Assembly: GCA_008080745.1 (NCBI GenBank)
Contig: SHMX01000009.1
Span: forward strand, 1-32,000
Length of the DNA: 32,000 nucleotides
Direction of reading: 5' to 3'
Origin: Candidatus Thorarchaeota archaeon
Lineage (GTDB): Archaea > Asgardarchaeota > Thorarchaeia > Thorarchaeales > Thorarchaeaceae
Shown here: in pieces, positions 27,626-32,000 of the stretch
Layout of the letters: every line of letters starts with the position of its first letter
How positions within the stretch are numbered: the first letter of the stretch is position 1
Translations under genes and position numbers: made by a program
Notes under the pieces: generated by a model
What the model was told of the DNA's origin: nothing
What the model saw: only the letters and a program-made list of their open reading frames with translations
Databases searched by the model: none

Positions 27626-27841
27626 ATGCCTGAACAGAGTGAGTTTGAGTGGTCTTCGTGTTTTGATATGAGCCCTAAGGTATTCGGAGTCAATTGTTTG
27701 ACTGTTCTACTCATCATATTGATCGTCATATTCCTTGCACAATTGGCTTTGATAGTTGTAGGAGTTCTCTTCGTATTCCTTTGCCTTGTGATTGCTTTTC
27801 GATTTGTGTCTTCAAAGATAGAACCGCACAGAACAGAATGA
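27626..27841 (+). CDS. Small membrane protein
   Basis: One long hydrophobic hairpin. Confidence 0.5.
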   Translation: MPEQSEFEWSSCFDMSPKVFGVNCLTVLLIILIVIFLAQLALIVVGVLFVFLCLVIAFRFVSSKIEPHRTE

Positions 27842-27861
27842 ATCCTTGCAACTCGCTTATT

Positions 27862-28263
27862 CTAGCCTGACCGAACAAATTTAACCAAAGGTTTGAGAAC
27901 TGTTTCCACTCTTAGCTCAATTTGCTTAACGAGATTGGCAAGCTCTCTTCTTCCCTCCTCAGTTATTTCATAGCTTTTCCTTCGTCTGCTTCCTTTGGCC
28001 TTGCCAGGAATCACGTATCCCATCTTCTCCAATCTCCTAAGTTCGGTATACACCGTTCCAGAACTTATCTCTACTCTGCCTTCAGTAAAGTCATTTGTTA
28101 GTTTTATCAAGTCATATCCAGCAGTGTCTGGATATTTGGATATGAATGCTAGAAATAGAACACGGACTAATGGAACAGGCTCAAGAGTTTCAAGAGTGTG
28201 TTCAGGTTTACTTTTATTGAATTCATCTCTCGTATCATTCATATCCAATTTCTCCAAGTACAC
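27862..28263 (-). CDS. PadR-family transcriptional regulator
   Basis: GYDLIK...ISSGTVYTELRRLEKMGYV...RRRKSYEITEEGRREL. Confidence 0.9.
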   Translation of the reverse strand: MYLEKLDMNDTRDEFNKSKPEHTLETLEPVPLVRVLFLAFISKYPDTAGYDLIKLTNDFTEGRVEISSGTVYTELRRLEKMGYVIPGKAKGSRRRKSYEITEEGRRELANLVKQIELRVETVLKPLVKFVRSG

Positions 28264-28286
28264 AGAATCTATCGAACACCTTGCTA

Positions 28287-28787
28287 TTAAGGTGTGTTTG
28301 ACATTAGTCCTGCTGCTGCAGTTAGTCCACTGAGAAACAATACTAGAATACCTAGAATGATATTGATAATGATGAGAAGAATATTCAATTTATTCTTTTT
28401 TGATTGTTCAATCTGCCTAATTCTATCAATCAATTGGCTTCTTACTAATGAAATCAATACCATTCCCGCAATCAAAATGTGTTTCAGAGTGAGAAATAAC
28501 GAGTATTCATTGCTGATTGAGAAATATCCCATAAACAATGGTGACCTATTACTCAATAGAACTCCTGTGATGAAGAGACCAATCATACACAGATATACAA
28601 CTTTGCTCAGTCGGATCTTAATCCTACTTGTAAGTTTCTTTGTTTGTTCGTTCATTCCAATGACATCTCTAATGGATGGAAGCAATACTGCTCCCATCAC
28701 AATCAGACCACCAATCCAGATTGCAGTACAAAGGTCGTGAATGAATTTGATGGTTCCAAGAATCCATATATTCGCCATAGAGTTCAC
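28287..28787 (-). CDS. CopD/DUF4149-like 4-TM membrane protein
   Basis: HDLCTAIWIGGL...LLPS, GLFITG, LTLKHILI. Confidence 0.65.
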   Translation of the reverse strand: MNSMANIWILGTIKFIHDLCTAIWIGGLIVMGAVLLPSIRDVIGMNEQTKKLTSRIKIRLSKVVYLCMIGLFITGVLLSNRSPLFMGYFSISNEYSLFLTLKHILIAGMVLISLVRSQLIDRIRQIEQSKKNKLNILLIIINIILGILVLFLSGLTAAAGLMSNTP

Positions 28788-28900
28788 CGTAATATGTATT
28801 AATGCTACATATATCCTCGCTACATATATCTTCCTATTGATACTTTCTATGCGGTAACTGCGCAGATTATATACATTATTATCTATAGTTAATCATTGAT

Positions 28901-29605
28901 GTGATAAATATGGAGTTGAATCAGAATAAGATTCTTGCAATTCTATTGACGATAATAGTCAACATTCTATTAGTTGTGCTTCTTGTCCTTTCATATGGGC
29001 CAATATGGCTAGAACCTAATGAAGAGATATTGATTCCCCAACTTGACCTTATTATGTCCCCCTTAGTAATTCTCACAGTAGTATTAGTTCCTACTCTGTT
29101 CTTTCTTAGATGGGCTTGGCCTGAGAGAATAGAGGAAAAATCGTTTTTACTTCCACTCCGGCTGGCTTTAGCCTATGAGTTTCTTCATGGTGGTATTGAG
29201 AAGCTTGCTGATCCGACATACCTGACAAATCCTGGTCTGATTGGTTATGGTGCATCAGCCGCTCCGAGTCCTTGGATTCAAGCGGTATTGACATTGCTTC
29301 TTGGGAACTATCAGGCATTTCTTTTGTTGATAGCTGTAGGTGAATTGCTTATTGGTTTGTCAATGCTTTTTGGTGGTTTTACTCGACTAGGTGCTATTGG
29401 TGGAGTATTGATGCAATGGACATTTCTTATTCTTCTCGGTTGGTTAAGCATCTCGACCTTTGGAGTGAACTTTATTGGATCTGTTGCGTTCCTAATAATT
29501 GGAATGTATCAGGCAGGTAGATTCATTGGTATTGATAGGATTATTGGTCCTCGTTTAGAAGAATCAGAAAATAAGATTCTCAAATATCTAGGTCTGTTGA
29601 CTTAA
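28901..29605 (+). CDS. DoxX/DoxD family membrane protein
   Basis: LRLALAYEFLHGGIEKL, GELLIGLSMLFGGFTRLGA, GRFIGIDR. Confidence 0.85.
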   Translation: MINMELNQNKILAILLTIIVNILLVVLLVLSYGPIWLEPNEEILIPQLDLIMSPLVILTVVLVPTLFFLRWAWPERIEEKSFLLPLRLALAYEFLHGGIEKLADPTYLTNPGLIGYGASAAPSPWIQAVLTLLLGNYQAFLLLIAVGELLIGLSMLFGGFTRLGAIGGVLMQWTFLILLGWLSISTFGVNFIGSVAFLIIGMYQAGRFIGIDRIIGPRLEESENKILKYLGLLT

Positions 29606-29621
29606 TTCGATAGGAATGTTG

Positions 29622-29660
29622 GAGAAGCGGTACCATTCAATACGCTTCTCTTTTTCCTTT
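29622..29660 (+). terminator. Hairpin + T-rich tract after the DoxX gene
   Basis: gagaagcg...cgcttctc 8-bp stem followed by tttttccttt. Confidence 0.5.
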
Positions 29661-29723
29661 CGTGTGAGTAATAATGAGTTCAATATTTCCGTGAGCATGG
29701 TATTTTACATCGGTTTCTCACAC

Positions 29724-30056
29724 TCACTGATTTAGAGATGGCCAACAAGTCACTGTGTTGTCTTCCGCCATGACAGCCCTCACAGCATGCTTAGCTTCAA
29801 ACAAACCTCGCTCAATAATCTCTCCCCAGAGGTCAATAGCTCCAAATGCTTCTGTGGGAATGAGATAGCTCTCCAGTCTGTGTTTTACAAAAATGAAAAT
29901 CTCATCTGACTCAAGAAAACAGCCGGTTTTGTAACAGACTCTAATGATCTCTTTCCATAATATTTCAGTCTTTGATGGCGTTCCTGGTTCAATTATCTTA
30001 ACCAGAATTTTTTCATCATCACATTCCACAATGAACCAATCAGACAGTGAACTCAT
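29724..30056 (-). CDS. Hypothetical protein
   Basis: 110-aa ORF directly downstream of the aldolase gene on the same strand. Confidence 0.65.
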   Translation of the reverse strand: MSSLSDWFIVECDDEKILVKIIEPGTPSKTEILWKEIIRVCYKTGCFLESDEIFIFVKHRLESYLIPTEAFGAIDLWGEIIERGLFEAKHAVRAVMAEDNTVTCWPSLNQ

Positions 30057-30087
30057 TGACTTATTCTCCCGAATAGGTCATCATATC

Positions 30088-30972
30088 CTATGCCTTCATC
30101 AATTCGTGCAGTTTTTTGGTCATAGATATGGCATCATCCCATTCTCTCTGCCACATGTTCCTGCCAAAAATCAGACCTGCTGCTCCTTCTTCAAGACATA
30201 CTTGTGCTCGATGTATTACATCATCATCGCTGATCTTACTCCCTCCTGAGAATAACACTAATGTCTTTCCAGCACTCTTTATGACATGTTTGACTCTTTC
30301 TCGATAGTCATAATCAAGCGAATGATAGGGCGCAGGTTGGTCTTTCTTTCGTTCATCAATCTCTGGAACATTTAGTTTGACAACATCCGCCCCAAGCTCA
30401 GCTGCTACTCTAGCTGCGTAATCCACTGCATACAAAGAGTCGCGACCTCCCTTCTTTTCAATCGCTTCTCCTCTTGGGTATGCCCACATAATGACCGGCA
30501 TTCCGTATCTGTCAGCATCATGCTTCACTTGACGAAATTGGTTCATGTCATCATATTGGGCAGGACTTCCTACGTACAAGGTATAGCCAATTGCGTCCGC
30601 ACCGATACGGACTGCATCTTCAACCGAGGCGGTCATTGGTGATATCGCATGACTATCGGGTGGGATACTTGTCTTCCCATTGATTTTGAGCACGATAGGT
30701 ACTTTTCCAGCGTATTGCCCCGCATATTTCTCTACTAATCCCAGATGTAATGCAATTCCTGAATATTTGCCCTCCAGAGCTAATTTGAATTGAAAGTCTG
30801 GATCTGCAGAAACTGGATTGGGAAAGAAATCACGTGGTCCATGTTCCATTCCCTGATCTATTGGGAGAATAAGCAATCGTCCATTCCCTGGTCCGTGTTC
30901 ATACATGAGTCTATGTAGTCGGACTCTTTTACCAAAACTGAGATGATTCAATACATCAAGTGTTATTGTCAT
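30088..30972 (-). CDS. fba: Class I (archaeal/DhnA-type) fructose-bisphosphate aldolase
   Basis: ILPIDQGMEHGP, VLKING, GADAIGYTLYVGS, WAYPRG, AARVAAELGADVVKL (Schiff-base Lys), FGRNMWQ. Confidence 0.92.
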   Translation of the reverse strand: MTITLDVLNHLSFGKRVRLHRLMYEHGPGNGRLLILPIDQGMEHGPRDFFPNPVSADPDFQFKLALEGKYSGIALHLGLVEKYAGQYAGKVPIVLKINGKTSIPPDSHAISPMTASVEDAVRIGADAIGYTLYVGSPAQYDDMNQFRQVKHDADRYGMPVIMWAYPRGEAIEKKGGRDSLYAVDYAARVAAELGADVVKLNVPEIDERKKDQPAPYHSLDYDYRERVKHVIKSAGKTLVLFSGGSKISDDDVIHRAQVCLEEGAAGLIFGRNMWQREWDDAISMTKKLHELMKA

Positions 30973-31102
30973 TGTAATTACCTGCCTCTGATACCTCTAG
31001 ACACTGTACTTTTTCTATTTCCATCTTCCGCTACCTTATGAAACACCATAGCCGCCGAAAGAGATATGTCCTCTTTTCATTGCCAAATCATGAGGGTCAT
31101 TA

Positions 31103-31708
31103 TTGCAAATGGAAATTCTTGTAGAGATTTTGCTAATCGTGGTTTTTGCCCTGATTGGTGGTGCATTAGCCAGCTATCTAATGATTGTTCGTTATGAGGG
31201 GAATCTAGTCGATTTTCCTCATGAGATTGTTGCTGAGGATAATTTCATATCCACCAAAGAATTAGAAGAGCTTCTTCAATCAGAAGAAGTAGATTCTGAG
31301 AAAGTGCAAAAGATAATCGATTATACAAGCCAACAATCCGAATTGCAAGACTTTCACAAGTATCTCCGGACATATTTCTTGCCAGTTGAACTTGCAATAT
31401 TTCGAACCCTTGCAGAAGCAATGATTGAAGATGGGCCTATCACCATGGGGCCGGATCCTTATCTCGTAGGTGGATGGAGGAACAAGAATCAGATAATGGA
31501 GCGGGCTAAAGTTCCCAAAAAAGCCCTATATGGCAGGAATAATGTCATCAAAAGGTTTCTCACACTTGGGATTATTAAACGTAGGGCCTCTCGAAGTAAA
31601 TGGGGCCGTCAAAAATATCAGTATAGTCTCAACAAAGGCTTGGATATCGTTAAACGGTATGTTAGAACTTTGTGGGAAACCAAAGAAAAACACAATACCG
31701 ATAAGTAA
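31103..31708 (+). CDS. N-terminally anchored hypothetical protein, possible C-terminal wHTH
   Basis: N-terminal TM; KNQIMERAKV...KRFLTLGIIKRR...YQYSL resembles a winged helix. Confidence 0.55.
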   Translation: MQMEILVEILLIVVFALIGGALASYLMIVRYEGNLVDFPHEIVAEDNFISTKELEELLQSEEVDSEKVQKIIDYTSQQSELQDFHKYLRTYFLPVELAIFRTLAEAMIEDGPITMGPDPYLVGGWRNKNQIMERAKVPKKALYGRNNVIKRFLTLGIIKRRASRSKWGRQKYQYSLNKGLDIVKRYVRTLWETKEKHNTDK

Positions 31709-32000
31709 CCAGTCTACTGACCTTATGGCTGATGTGTCATTACTACTTCAGCTATCTGGAGAATTACAATGTGTTCGTATTATCGTACTGTTTTGGAAGA
31801 TGTAAAAATCCCATCTATCAGCTTGAAGGTGTGTAGAGTAGACGATGATAGGTTTCTCGCTAATACATATCTGATCGAGTCTTCCAGTGGTCTTGAGATT
31901 CTTCTTAAACCATGGATTGTAGGAGCTGAGCTTGCCAATCTAGCAAGAGAGTGCAGTATGGATTTTCTAAGAACCATGTATTATCTAGTTGACGAAATCA

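Noticed and set aside
720-31977. Short antisense or alternate-frame ORFs in the track (e.g. 720..1019, 3044..3409, 8012..8317, 10450..10752, 16738..17714, 26980..27237, 28294..28740, 29944..30249, 31530..31977)
   Set aside because: They overlap better-supported genes and show no recognisable motifs.

Overview
Archaeal DNA, probably Asgard (Thorarchaeota-like). This assignment is an inference from the archaeal-type 16S 3' end, DUF217-type VapB antitoxins, archaeal class I aldolase, and large SBBP/FG-GAP surface proteins. The window has two parts. (1) About 0.7-16.2 kb is an accessory island. It holds six toxin-antitoxin-type modules (MazF/PemK, three VapBC, Doc, UPF0175/DUF3368), membrane or secreted cargo genes and several pseudogenes. 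These are punctuated by nine same-orientation copies (8 long, 1 right-end only) of a ~120-220 bp repeat. The longest copies start with the last 43 nt of a 16S rRNA (helix 45 with GGAA tetraloop plus anti-Shine-Dalgarno GGATCACCTCCT). They continue through two hairpins with compensatory substitutions and a T-rich tract, and three copies end in the C-terminal codons of a convergent gene (...IWD[F/Y]LQSLET*). The architecture resembles a cassette array or tandem-integration hotspot whose repeated site is the 16S rRNA 3' end and probable trailer. No integrase and no full rRNA gene lie in the window. (2) About 16.4-32 kb looks like ordinary chromosome: an 1,800-aa FG-GAP surface protein, cysteine synthase, methyltransferase, hemerythrin, TspO-like, PadR/CopD-like/DoxX, class I FBP aldolase and hypotheticals. 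All family calls are from motif recognition only; no searches were run.
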